A stretch of DNA of 64,000 nucleotides from Polyangiaceae bacterium. Its GTDB lineage: Bacteria > Myxococcota_A > Polyangia > Polyangiales > Polyangiaceae. Under the pieces are notes generated by a model. It had not been told where the DNA came from, ran no database searches, and saw only the letters and a program-made list of their open reading frames with translations. Each line of letters opens with the position of its first letter. Within the stretch, counting starts at the first letter, position 1. The stretch is from NCBI GenBank assembly GCA_044376115.1, contig JBILLK010000011.1, forward strand, positions 256,001-320,000, in the 5' to 3' direction. The position numbers and the translations under genes are program-made. Shown piece after piece: positions 43,560-53,267 of the stretch.

Positions 43560-46337
43560 ATGGCTTCCGACCCCCCGCCGCGCCGCGCCGGTAGGACCGG
43601 CACATTACGCGGTGTCGGTCTTAGCGGTGTTAAGTCCACTAGCGCGCTGAAGCCGCCCCCGCAGTCCACCCGACACAAGGAGCCAACTCCAGCCCCTAGC
43701 CCGGTTCCGCGTCGTTTGGCGCTGGAATCGACGATCGACGAGGCGACCACCACGGTCCAGGCGCGCGCGCTGAACGTGGAGGGAGACCGGACCACCTCGG
43801 AGCGAGCGCGTGCCGATGCACGGGCGTGGTCCGACTCGATCGCGGACGGGGAGGGAGACCGCCCGAGCCTCGAGGGGGGCCGGCACCGCGAGGTGCTGCC
43901 GGGCATGATCCTCGCCGGCAAGTTCGCGCTCGTGCGGATGATCGCCGAAGGCCCAACCACGCAGGTCTTCGAGGCCGAAGATTCGTTGGTTGGGAGGCGG
44001 GTCGCGCTCAAGGTGCTCTTGCCAGAGCCAGCGCAGCACGCCGACATCGTTCGGCGATTCCGCCAAGAGGCCAGCGCAACCGCGATGGTGGCGCACCCTC
44101 ACGTCGTTACCGTGCATGAGGTGGGGCGCCGCAGCGACGGCGCCTTGTACATCGTGCAGGAGCTGCTCACCGGGAAGAACCTATTCGAAGTACGTCAGCT
44201 GCGCGGTCGCTTGAGCCTGGTGGAGGCCGTTTCGGTGCTTGCGCCGATCGCAGGGGCGCTCGCCTTCGCTCACTCGCAGGGCGTCGTTCATCGCGACGTC
44301 AAGCCGAGCAACATCGTGCTTTCGGCCATGGCCTACGGCGCCGTCGTGCCCAAGCTGATCGACTTCGGCGTGGCCCGCGTCGAGACCCCACGAGGGCGCG
44401 GACGGACGATGGCGGGAACGCTGCTCGGTACCGCCCACTACATGTCTCCGGAGCAGGCGATGGCCGCCTCGTTCGTCGATGGGCGCGCCGATGTGTGGGC
44501 GCTCTCGGTCGTGCTTTACGAGCTGCTCTCGGGGGTGCGTCCGTTCGATGGTCCAAACGATCACGCTGTTTTGGCGCGCGTCCTTTCCGATACGCCGGCC
44601 CGCATCGAGACGCTGGTTCCGACCGTGAGTCGCGATCTTGCCGATCTGCTGCACAAGGGGCTCGAACGGGACGTGCGCGAGCGTCCAGGGATCGAGCAGC
44701 TGCAAGCGGCCTTGCAACGGCTGGCCAACCCCAATTCGCTCGCTGTGTTGCTCACGGACCCAGCAGGGCCGGTTCGAATCGAAGAGATCGCGCAGACTTC
44801 GGCGGGGTTGCTTCCAGGAGACGTCGCTGCGCTCTCTGCGGCGCCGCCCGACGTGGAGGAACTCGCGATCGACGTGCCCATCGTGGTCGAAGCGGACGAC
44901 GATTCTGAGCCGCTCGACGACGAGGACATCGAGGTCGTCAGCGAGAGCGATGAGCCCGAGCCGGTGGCCTCGGGCGTGGTGGATTGGCCGAGAAGCACCG
45001 CTCAGATCCAAATGGATTCGGGCTTTCTCCCATCGACTGGAGAGAAGCGCGATCGCTTCGCAGAGGCCGCCCAACGCGCGTTGCGCGTAAACGCGCTCGA
45101 AGAATCGGTGCTCCACGCCGAAATGAGCATCTCCGCTGGCCACTCCTCGGGTGAGCCCTTTGGCCAAATGCGTTTGGTGCAAGCGATTGCGCTGTATTGG
45201 CTCGGTTCCTACGAAGAATGTCTGGAGAAGGCGGACAGCTCGATCAGCGCGCTCGACGTGATGAGCACAGCGTGGCTCGGCGCGACTGGCTACAAAGTGA
45301 TGGCGCTGGGCAAGCTGGGCCTCTCGAATGAGCTCGCGGAGCTGAGGCGCTATCTCGGTGAGAATGACGAGCGGTTGGGGGCGGCGCACGTGATCGCGTT
45401 GTGTCGCTTGGCCGTGACCATGACCACCGCGGGGGACTTGATTGAGGCGCGGCAGCTCGTGCGCAGCCTTCGCGATCGCATGGATCGGCAAGCTGCGTCG
45501 GAGTCGGTGGTGTTTGCCTGGTTGGATCGGGCTTTCGCCGAACGCGCGGAGTTCGTAGGTGATCCAGCGCGTGAACTGTCGCGCCGCAAGTCCGCGCTCG
45601 AGCGCTTTACGTCGGCGGGCGACGTGCGCAACGCCTGCCAGGAGCGCGCTCAGCTCGGAGGGGTGTACCTGCGCACCGGCGTGTTCGACGAGGCCGAGAA
45701 GGCGCTCTCCGAGTCGCTACAAATGGCTGAGCCGATGCAGTTGCACGTGGTCGGCGTAATCCAGGCGTATCTCGGTTTGCTCGCGCTGCGGCGGCGTGAC
45801 ATCGAGGGGGCGGAGCGGCGCCTGGCCGAGGCCCTCGCTTGGGGCGTCGAGCGTGGAGATCGTCGCGTCGAGGCCATCGCGAGGACCCACCTGGCGACCG
45901 TATTGGAGCAAACGCGAGGTCACGAGCCAGCACTGGAGCAGATCGCAGCGGCGAAGGAGGCCGCCTTTCGGCTCCCGGCGCACCTCGCCCACGCCTACGG
46001 CGCCGAGGCGGCGATTCTGCTGCGGGTCGGCGAGAAAGACTCCGCCATCGAGTGTGCCACGCTCGCCGCGCGCACGCTCGATGAGCACGGCGGCGCAGGC
46101 GATGCCGAATCGCTCATTCGACTCACGCACGCGCTCGCGCTCTCGGCCACCGGCGATCTCGATGAAGGTCGCCAACGCATTCGCGACGCGCGCAGCCGCA
46201 TCGTTGGCCTCGCCGACCGCATCCCGGATCCTAGGCACAAGCGCTGTTTCCTCGAGCTCCCCGAGAATCGACGCATTCTTCGCTTGGCCCGTGAGTGGGT
46301 GGACGGCCAACGAAGCACACACGAGTCGGTGGGCTAG
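43560..46337 (+). CDS. Ser/Thr protein kinase with acidic linker and C-terminal TPR-like region
   Basis: VALK, HRDVKPSN, DFG, GTAHYMSPEQ, DVWAL; helical repeat C-terminus. Confidence 0.88.
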   Translation: MASDPPPRRAGRTGTLRGVGLSGVKSTSALKPPPQSTRHKEPTPAPSPVPRRLALESTIDEATTTVQARALNVEGDRTTSERARADARAWSDSIADGEGDRPSLEGGRHREVLPGMILAGKFALVRMIAEGPTTQVFEAEDSLVGRRVALKVLLPEPAQHADIVRRFRQEASATAMVAHPHVVTVHEVGRRSDGALYIVQELLTGKNLFEVRQLRGRLSLVEAVSVLAPIAGALAFAHSQGVVHRDVKPSNIVLSAMAYGAVVPKLIDFGVARVETPRGRGRTMAGTLLGTAHYMSPEQAMAASFVDGRADVWALSVVLYELLSGVRPFDGPNDHAVLARVLSDTPARIETLVPTVSRDLADLLHKGLERDVRERPGIEQLQAALQRLANPNSLAVLLTDPAGPVRIEEIAQTSAGLLPGDVAALSAAPPDVEELAIDVPIVVEADDDSEPLDDEDIEVVSESDEPEPVASGVVDWPRSTAQIQMDSGFLPSTGEKRDRFAEAAQRALRVNALEESVLHAEMSISAGHSSGEPFGQMRLVQAIALYWLGSYEECLEKADSSISALDVMSTAWLGATGYKVMALGKLGLSNELAELRRYLGENDERLGAAHVIALCRLAVTMTTAGDLIEARQLVRSLRDRMDRQAASESVVFAWLDRAFAERAEFVGDPARELSRRKSALERFTSAGDVRNACQERAQLGGVYLRTGVFDEAEKALSESLQMAEPMQLHVVGVIQAYLGLLALRRRDIEGAERRLAEALAWGVERGDRRVEAIARTHLATVLEQTRGHEPALEQIAAAKEAAFRLPAHLAHAYGAEAAILLRVGEKDSAIECATLAARTLDEHGGAGDAESLIRLTHALALSATGDLDEGRQRIRDARSRIVGLADRIPDPRHKRCFLELPENRRILRLAREWVDGQRSTHESVG

Positions 46338-46372
46338 CCCACGGCGCGCGAGCTGCGCGCCTGCTCGGCTTG

Positions 46373-47044
46373 TCAGCCGAAGGTCGGTTCGTCCTCCAAG
46401 AAGAACTTGGTTGGCCGCCCGTAGAAGGCCTCGAGCTCGGCGGGGGTGCCAAACCTCGTGGTGGCGCGCCGATCGGAGACCGGAACCGATAGCACCGCAG
46501 GGGCCGCGGGATCCTGCTGCTTTTGTTGCAGAAGGTGTTCGATCACGGCCTCCAGCGAGGCTTGCTCCCCCTGCACGAGCGGCTCGAGGAATCGCCTTCG
46601 AATCAGGACTGGCCGCCCGACGTGGCCCTCATAGATCGGCTGCACGACGGCTGGGTTTGACTGTGCGCCGCGCAGCAGCTCCCGGCGGATTGCGCTGGAA
46701 GAGGCGGGCATGCCCACCGGCTCGATCATTAGCCACTCGTCCGGGCCGGCCTCGAGCAGCTCGAGCGCGCGTTTGATCGAGCTGTCGCCTTGCTCTGCAG
46801 AGACGATCAGATCGAGGCCGCGTTGCGAGAAGCCTGAGAGCACGCGCGCTACCTTGCTCGGCACGACCAGCACGACGCGCGGCGTTCCGTCGTCGAGGTG
46901 GGCGCGTGCGTGTGCGATCGCCAGCGGTAACTCTCCTGGGCCTTCACCCCAGCGAATCGCGAGCAGCGCTTTGGGGCCGCCCATCTCTTCGCCTCGGTCG
47001 GTGGCGCAAATGATCGACGTGTAGGTAATTTCGGCGTCACTCAT
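46373..47044 (-). CDS. MocA/MobA-like nucleotidyltransferase family protein (divergent)
   Basis: MGGPKALL, PVGMP, PIYEGHVGRPVLI, TPAEL; overlaps the xdhC-like gene. Confidence 0.65.
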   Translation of the reverse strand: MSDAEITYTSIICATDRGEEMGGPKALLAIRWGEGPGELPLAIAHARAHLDDGTPRVVLVVPSKVARVLSGFSQRGLDLIVSAEQGDSSIKRALELLEAGPDEWLMIEPVGMPASSSAIRRELLRGAQSNPAVVQPIYEGHVGRPVLIRRRFLEPLVQGEQASLEAVIEHLLQQKQQDPAAPAVLSVPVSDRRATTRFGTPAELEAFYGRPTKFFLEDEPTFG

Positions 47045-47945
47045 GAACAAGGCTTTCGCTAGGAGCTTCGGTTCGAATAGAAGGCTTGGGTTCAGCGCTG
47101 CTTCGTGTGCGCTGCTTGGCTCGTTCAGCACGCCAAGCGACGAGCTCTGCTGCGATGGCTACGGCGATCTCCATCGGCGAGCGTGCGCCAACTGGTAGGC
47201 CAACGGGCATACGCACGCGGTCGATGTCCTTGGAGCTCACCCCTTTGGCGCTCAACCGTTCGCTCGTGCGGATCGCTTTGCGCTTGCTACCAACGCCGCC
47301 AACATAGGCAAAACCGTGGCCGAGCGCCCACTCGATCGCTCGCTGATCGAGCTGATGGTCGTGCGTTGCAACGAGCAGGGCTGCCCCGCGCGGTGGCCCG
47401 AGCAGCGCCAAAAGCTCTGGGTCGTCGTGGGCGTAGGACGCGATCGCAACGCCCGCTGCAGCGGCTTTGGCCAGTCGGTCTCCCTCATGGGCGCACTCGC
47501 GTTCGTCGCTGAGCACGACCTCAAAGTCGAGCTCGGCGAGCAGTGTTGCGGTGCGCAATCCAACGTGACCAGCTCCGATCAAAAGCACCTGCTGCTTTAG
47601 GTTGAAGGGCTCAATCAGCACGTCCGCGGAGCCGCCGCAGCACATGCCCAAGCTCGGTCCGAGCTGAAACGTGTGAACCCTGACTTCAGGATTACGTTCA
47701 TCGAGTTGGCGTTTGAGTTGTTGAATCACCGCGAACTCGACAGCGCCACCGCCGACCGTGCCGAGCACTTCGGTGGTCCCCGCGTCGCGCCAGAGCGCGA
47801 GTTTTTGTCCGGGCGTTGCGGGCGCCGAGCCTCGGCGTGCAACCACGGTCGCCACTGCGACGGCGAGCCTCGCGCTGAGCCGCTCGGCAACCTTGGCGGT
47901 TACCTGCTCAGGGGTCGCATCGTTCGGAAGGCGATCGAGAGACAC
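47037..47945 (-). CDS. xdhC: XdhC/CoxI family molybdoenzyme maturation factor
   Basis: GSAPATPGQK, GTVGGGAVE, LGMCCGG, GAGHVG, THDHQLD, YVGGVGSKRK, PVGLPVGARSPMEIAVAIAAEL. Confidence 0.9.
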   Translation of the reverse strand: MSLDRLPNDATPEQVTAKVAERLSARLAVAVATVVARRGSAPATPGQKLALWRDAGTTEVLGTVGGGAVEFAVIQQLKRQLDERNPEVRVHTFQLGPSLGMCCGGSADVLIEPFNLKQQVLLIGAGHVGLRTATLLAELDFEVVLSDERECAHEGDRLAKAAAAGVAIASYAHDDPELLALLGPPRGAALLVATHDHQLDQRAIEWALGHGFAYVGGVGSKRKAIRTSERLSAKGVSSKDIDRVRMPVGLPVGARSPMEIAVAIAAELVAWRAERAKQRTRSSAEPKPSIRTEAPSESLVHE

Positions 47946-48025
47946 GTGCGTAAACTACCACAGCCCCTCATCCAACGGCCAAGCGCGGCTCGACAGCTTC
48001 GTCGACGCCCGCTACGTGCTTCGCT

Positions 48026-49699
48026 ATGAGGCTTGGGGTGAAGTCTGATCCCCCGCCGGTGACCCCACGCGAAGTGCCAACGTTGCCAGCGGATGAGCGA
48101 CGTGACCTCGCCTTACGCTTGGCTTCTCCAGGATTTACGCCTTCGGCGAAGCAAGCTTTTGCGCTTGTTCGTTTGGCCAATGAGGCATCGCTCGAGAGCG
48201 ATACGGCGCTCTCCGAGTCAGCGCTTCGTGCGCTTCGTGCGATTCAAGGTCCGGTCGTGCGGCGGCTCGCCGAGGTTATGCCGCTGCTCGCTCCAGAGGT
48301 CAGGCTGGGCACGGTGGACGCACTGAGGCGGCGCGCGAGCCCCGCCGACGCAGCGGCCTTTGTGGAGCTTTTGGGTGGTCTGCTCAATGATCCCAGCGCC
48401 GCCGTGCGTCGCATGGCGGCGCGCTCCCTCGGTGAAGTCGGTGGCACAGCGAGTGAAGCGGTCTTGCGTGACGTGCTCGCGCAAACGCGGGGAAGCCACG
48501 AACGACGGCCGCTGGTGCGCGCTCTTTTGGAGCTCGGTGCAGAGCTCGATTCCGAGCTGCTCGCAGAGCTGCAGGAGGACCCTCAGGCCAAAAGACGCCA
48601 GCTCGCGGCGCTGCGCGACAGGCAGCGTGAAGAGCCTCTCGACTGGGACGCTGGAGCTCGCTTGGCCTCCGCCATCCCGACGCGCTGGCTGTGCAGACGC
48701 GGGTTCGAGTCGGTGCTCGCCGATGAATTGGCGACATCGGCCATGCAGGTCGCGCAGCTCGAGCCGTTGCACGGCGGCGTGCGCGGACGCGTTGCGGGCA
48801 GCTTGGCAACGATCGCCGACGTACGCTGCGCCAGTGAAGTCTGCTTCGAGCTTGGCGCGCTCGGCGACGAGCCCTTGCTCGTCGCGGCGCAAGAGCGGTT
48901 GCGGGGGCCGGTCGCGCGCGCGGTGTTTGCTGCGGTGGGTTCGACCCGACCGAGGTTCCGCTTCGAGCAGACGGACGAGCGTGGCCGCCCGGTGACGGTG
49001 CCGAAAGCCCTGTTGTGGGACTTTGCAGCCGCGTTCCCAGCAACGCCCGCCAGCGCTGAGCTAGCGCCCATCAACGACCCAAAACGGGCTGACTTTGTGC
49101 TGCGGCTCTTGGAGCACGCGGAGGAGCGTAGCTTGGTGTTGGTGCCTCGCATGCCGGAGACACGCTTTAGCTACCGCGCGGCCGATGTTCCCGCGGCCTC
49201 TCATCCTCCGATCGCAGCGGCACTCGCCCGCGTCGCGGGGGTCGAACCGCGTGACGTGGTGTGGGACCCGTTCGTCGGGAGTGGACTCGAACTGTGTGAA
49301 CGGGCGCTGCTAGGGCCGTTTGCGAAGCTATGGGGCACCGATCTCGACGAGGGCGCCTTGAGCAAAGCGGCGCTCAACCTGGGCAAGCTCGGCCGAACAC
49401 CGTTCGAACTTGTGCGGGCCGACGCGCGCAGCTTCGAGGTTCCCGGCTTGACCTGCGTGATCACCAACCCGCCGATGGGCCGTCGACTGCTCCGAGATCG
49501 CGACGTTGCGGCGCTGCTCGAGGCCGTGATCGCGAACGCAGCCGCGCAGTTGCGCCCGGGTGGTCGCATCGTGTTGCTCAGCCCAGCGCCAGGCCCGACG
49601 GCTCAGGCGATGCGTCGGGCTGGGCTCGAAGATCGCGTTGACCAGCGGGTCGATATGGGCGGGTTCGACGCTTGGCTGCAGCGCTTTGACCGGCCCTGA
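48026..49699 (+). CDS. HEAT-repeat / THUMP-type RNA methyltransferase fusion
   Basis: N-terminal LNDPSAAVRRMAARSLG; CRRGFESVLADEL; PAASHPPIAAAL, WDPFVGSG, ITNPPMGRR. Confidence 0.75.
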   Translation: MRLGVKSDPPPVTPREVPTLPADERRDLALRLASPGFTPSAKQAFALVRLANEASLESDTALSESALRALRAIQGPVVRRLAEVMPLLAPEVRLGTVDALRRRASPADAAAFVELLGGLLNDPSAAVRRMAARSLGEVGGTASEAVLRDVLAQTRGSHERRPLVRALLELGAELDSELLAELQEDPQAKRRQLAALRDRQREEPLDWDAGARLASAIPTRWLCRRGFESVLADELATSAMQVAQLEPLHGGVRGRVAGSLATIADVRCASEVCFELGALGDEPLLVAAQERLRGPVARAVFAAVGSTRPRFRFEQTDERGRPVTVPKALLWDFAAAFPATPASAELAPINDPKRADFVLRLLEHAEERSLVLVPRMPETRFSYRAADVPAASHPPIAAALARVAGVEPRDVVWDPFVGSGLELCERALLGPFAKLWGTDLDEGALSKAALNLGKLGRTPFELVRADARSFEVPGLTCVITNPPMGRRLLRDRDVAALLEAVIANAAAQLRPGGRIVLLSPAPGPTAQAMRRAGLEDRVDQRVDMGGFDAWLQRFDRP

Positions 49700-51730
49700 C
49701 TAGAAGCCGATCTGTGCCCGGAACTTGAGCGCGAGAAACGTCACGGCCGCTGCAAGCACGAGCACCAAAAGGCAGACGATCACCAACATTACCTTGGAGC
49801 CGCCGCCGGACTTCGCGGGTGGCTGCGCTGGGGCTGCGGCCTGAAGGCCCTGATTGGGCCCGGGCGCCAACAAGTCCTGCGAGGGTGGGAACATGTTGGC
49901 CGGTTGCAGCTGTGGTTGCGACTGTTGCAGCTGTTGCAGTTGGGGATCCTGCGTCGCAGGGGAGGGGAACACGGCGCTCGTCCCCTGCTGTTGCTGTTGC
50001 TGCTGCAAAAAGAGTGAACTCTGGTCGCCGAACGGAGCCTGAAGCCCACCGTGCGGGGTGGTGGAAAACGGACGGGATTGACCGTTGCCAGCGCCTTGCG
50101 GCGTGAATGGCCCCGATATTCCCAGGCTCATTCCGCCGTTGGGGGTAGGCGGCGAGGTCCCGTCAGGCGTGGGACCCAGCGCAGAAAGCGTTTCACTGAT
50201 CAACGCGGAGACCCCGCTTCCTCCGGCTTGCTGAAGTGGGGGGCCAGGAGGTGCCGGGCGCTGCGCGGCGGCCGGCGGCCGATCCGTTTGCGCCGTTGCT
50301 TGGAAGGGAGCACCTACTGGTGGAGGCGCCGGAGCCCATTGTCCGCGCGGCGGTGGAGGCGCGGGCGGCACGTACTGCGGCCCCGTCGGAACGGGCGCCT
50401 CTCGCATCACCGTTCGCTGCCCGTCGTCGTCGTCGTCCTCCTCCGGTTCAACATCAACAGCGGAGGCGCTGGTCAGACGACTTACCTCTGCAAGCAGGTC
50501 GGCGGACGGCACCTGGTGCATCACCGTGCGCACGTCGTCGTGATCGCGCGGAGGTGGGTTGGTGCTGAGCGTTGTCGGCGGCGGAGCAAACCCCGCGCGC
50601 GGCCCTTGCGGCGCCTGCGCAACCGCTTGCTGTGCTGCTGCGGCTACCTCGGCGCCAACGCCGAGCTGCGTCGACTTGAATGCACGAGGCACGCGAGGCC
50701 GAGAGACGGGCGGCTCGAGACCCTGCTGAGGCGAAGCTACGGTCGCGGACTCGTACGGAGAGGGCTGCGGCCGACTCGGTGGCACTTGCCGACCCGGTGC
50801 CGACGGTGGCATTGGCGGCATCGCAGCGGGCGGTCGGTGTGCCGCTATGCCTGCGAGTGCGTCGGAAAGCTGCGGAGCCGTAGCGATTCGGGTGGTCTGC
50901 CCAAAGTCCTCATCCTGATTCTGTTGCAGCGTTTGATCCGGACTTGGTGGTGCGGGCGGTGGCGGTGGCGACGAGCCCCCTGCTGCACGAGCCGCGAGCG
51001 CGATGATGTGGGCCGGGAGCTCCCGCATCACGGTGGCGTCTTGTTCTCCAAACGCTGACGAAGAGACCATCGGAGCCTTCGACGATTCCGTGGTGCGCGT
51101 CGAGTGGCCTGAAGACGTGTCTTGGTTCTCGTCGAAGATCATTCCCTCCATGGCCAGCATGGCGGTGGCCCCCTGATCGTCCTCACCGCCCTCTTCATCC
51201 TCGAGCGCCGGCAGGTGTCGGAAGCCAGGCTGCTGGGACCAATGCTCGAGCTGCATGCGAAAGGTTGCGACGTTGGCGGTCCTGCGACGCGGATCTGCAA
51301 TCAACGCGGCGGCGAGGATGGCGTGGAGCTGATTGTCGTCAACGCGGTAGTGGGCGAGCGGCACGAGCAGTTGCTGTTGGCGCTCACTGATCTCTTGCCG
51401 CGACTCACCGAACGGCGCAGCGCCCGTAAGGGCCTTGTACAGCGTAGCTGCGAGCCCCCAAGCGTCATCAACGGGAGAGAGCTGACCGTCGCGAAGTCGC
51501 TCGGGAGAGTGAAAGCCGATGGCCTCCGCGGTGCGCCGGACGTCCGCGACTTGGCCGCGGCTCATGGGGTGGCTTGTCTCGATCAGCACGCAAGCCGGGG
51601 AGACACAGCCGTGCGCCACACCATGCACGTGCAGCGACTCCAAATGCTTGGACAGGCGGATGATCCAGCCGACTGATTCGAGGGGCAAAAGCGCGCCCCG
51701 ACGATGAATCCAATTCTCGAGCGTTTCCAA
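49700..51730 (-). CDS. pseudokinase with long Pro/Gln-rich region and C-terminal membrane anchor
   Basis: Kinase C-lobe only: HGCVSP for HRDxKP, DVR for DFG, FHSPER, DAWGLAATLY; poly-Q; final TM helix. Confidence 0.7.
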   Translation of the reverse strand: METLENWIHRRGALLPLESVGWIIRLSKHLESLHVHGVAHGCVSPACVLIETSHPMSRGQVADVRRTAEAIGFHSPERLRDGQLSPVDDAWGLAATLYKALTGAAPFGESRQEISERQQQLLVPLAHYRVDDNQLHAILAAALIADPRRRTANVATFRMQLEHWSQQPGFRHLPALEDEEGGEDDQGATAMLAMEGMIFDENQDTSSGHSTRTTESSKAPMVSSSAFGEQDATVMRELPAHIIALAARAAGGSSPPPPPAPPSPDQTLQQNQDEDFGQTTRIATAPQLSDALAGIAAHRPPAAMPPMPPSAPGRQVPPSRPQPSPYESATVASPQQGLEPPVSRPRVPRAFKSTQLGVGAEVAAAAQQAVAQAPQGPRAGFAPPPTTLSTNPPPRDHDDVRTVMHQVPSADLLAEVSRLTSASAVDVEPEEDDDDDGQRTVMREAPVPTGPQYVPPAPPPPRGQWAPAPPPVGAPFQATAQTDRPPAAAQRPAPPGPPLQQAGGSGVSALISETLSALGPTPDGTSPPTPNGGMSLGISGPFTPQGAGNGQSRPFSTTPHGGLQAPFGDQSSLFLQQQQQQQGTSAVFPSPATQDPQLQQLQQSQPQLQPANMFPPSQDLLAPGPNQGLQAAAPAQPPAKSGGGSKVMLVIVCLLVLVLAAAVTFLALKFRAQIGF

Positions 51731-51806
51731 CCGACAGCCTTCAACCCTAGTGTAACGGAACGTGCCAGCTAAGTCCCAGTACCTGCAGGAGCATGAGCTA
51801 GTTCTC

Positions 51807-53189
51807 TCAGAGACGAGCGATTCTTAGTGTGTTCCTGACCGCTTCGATAGAGGGCTCGTTGTCCAGCTCCGCCAAAAGGCGGTCTGCCGGGGAGCGAAGA
51901 CTTTGGGTCAATTGGGTGAGTGCCTGTAGGTGGACGGCCTCGGATTGGCCTTGCTTGTCGTAGCGGCCGCGCCGTTCGAGTCCGCCGCGGGCAATTTCGA
52001 GAACGCGAAGTGCGACCTCGCCAGCGGGACGCCCTCGAAATGGCGCGGAAAGAGCCAGCATCGGGATCTCCTGACGGAGCGCCGTGAGTTCCTCGAAGCT
52101 GAAGCTCTCAACCAGGCTCTCGACTTCGTCGAGCGCCTTGCCGTCATAGAAAAGGCCGGCAAATAGGGCGGCTGGCGCCGCGACCAGGTCACCCGGCACC
52201 GAATCTCCGCCGCGAACCTCGAGCGTGCGCTTGAGCCGCACCTCGGGAAACAGCGAGTTTAGGTGGGTGACCCAGTCCAACTTCGTCGCGGTGAGTCCCG
52301 AGAAGCCATGCTTCATGAAGCTGCGGAAGCTCTGGCCGGTGTTCTCGTGCACAACCCCATCGCGCAGAACCAGGAACATGGGCGCATCCAACGCCCAATT
52401 CACGTAGTCGACGAAGGTGCTGCCCGGCGTAAGCACCGACGGCACCAACCCCTGACGCGATGAATCGACGTCCAGCCAGACGTGGGCTCGGTAGCTCTTC
52501 CCGCCAAAGCGCTTGCCTTCGTAGAACGGAGCGTTGGCGAACATGGCGGTGAAGAACGGGGCCGTGCGCAAGCCGACTCGCAGCGAGCGCATGGCGTGCT
52601 CCTCGGAGCTGTAGTCATAATTCGCCTGAACCGTCGCCGTGCGTCGCATCATGTCGAGCCCGTTGGCTCCCACCGCCGGCAGATACCTGCGCATGATCGC
52701 GTAGCGCGGCTTGGGCACCCAGGTGAGCTCGGCTTGGCTCGCTAGCGGGTGAAATCCGAGCCCAAACCATTGGATCTTCGAGCCGCCGTGGCGTGCGGCC
52801 AACGCGTCGGAGACGGCGTGCAGTTCTTTGAGGTGGGCGTCGAACTCCTCGCGGATCAGGTGGGCGTTATCGAGCGGTGCACCCGAGAGCTCCAACTGGG
52901 CACCAGGCTCGAGGGTGACCGACGCGCCGTTCTTTTCGAGCGCCAACAGGGGGTCGTCGTCCACCACCTTCCAACCGTGGGAAGCGACGAGCTCACGCAT
53001 GACCTCCACCACACCGTTGGGCCCATCGTAGGCGACAGGTGCGAAGCTCCCCTCGAGCAGGCCCACCTTTTCGGCCTCTGCACCGATGCGAAACTCGCTG
53101 GTCGGTTTGCAGGCCGAAACGAACGGCTCCACCAGATCGTCCATGTTTCGGACGGGGGCGAGCTCACTGGAAGTCGGTTGGTGTCCCAT
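51807..53189 (-). CDS. gshA: glutamate--cysteine ligase (GCS2/plant-type)
   Basis: RIGAEAEK, TLEPGAQLELSG, PKPRYAIM, MMRRTATVQANYD, FPEVRLKRTLEVRGGD. Confidence 0.9.
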   Translation of the reverse strand: MGHQPTSSELAPVRNMDDLVEPFVSACKPTSEFRIGAEAEKVGLLEGSFAPVAYDGPNGVVEVMRELVASHGWKVVDDDPLLALEKNGASVTLEPGAQLELSGAPLDNAHLIREEFDAHLKELHAVSDALAARHGGSKIQWFGLGFHPLASQAELTWVPKPRYAIMRRYLPAVGANGLDMMRRTATVQANYDYSSEEHAMRSLRVGLRTAPFFTAMFANAPFYEGKRFGGKSYRAHVWLDVDSSRQGLVPSVLTPGSTFVDYVNWALDAPMFLVLRDGVVHENTGQSFRSFMKHGFSGLTATKLDWVTHLNSLFPEVRLKRTLEVRGGDSVPGDLVAAPAALFAGLFYDGKALDEVESLVESFSFEELTALRQEIPMLALSAPFRGRPAGEVALRVLEIARGGLERRGRYDKQGQSEAVHLQALTQLTQSLRSPADRLLAELDNEPSIEAVRNTLRIARL

Positions 53190-53267
53190 GGGCGGCGTAC
53201 TATACCGCTCTCCATAAGCGGTACCCCGGGTTACCACCGAGACACACCATTCCAAAGCGAGATCGCG

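Noticed and set aside
44181..45491. 436-aa minus-strand ORF
   Set aside because: Antisense shadow of the kinase gene, with no motifs; typical of high-GC DNA
49985..50006. CAG/CAA trinucleotide run as a phase-variation tract
   Set aside because: Short, mixed-codon, in-frame poly-Gln within a low-complexity linker; slippage would not shift the frame
52749..53267. N-terminal extension of nudC and the reciprocal extension of gshA (to 53396)
   Set aside because: The two extensions overlap each other on opposite strands; family motifs begin after ATG 53268 and ATG 53189
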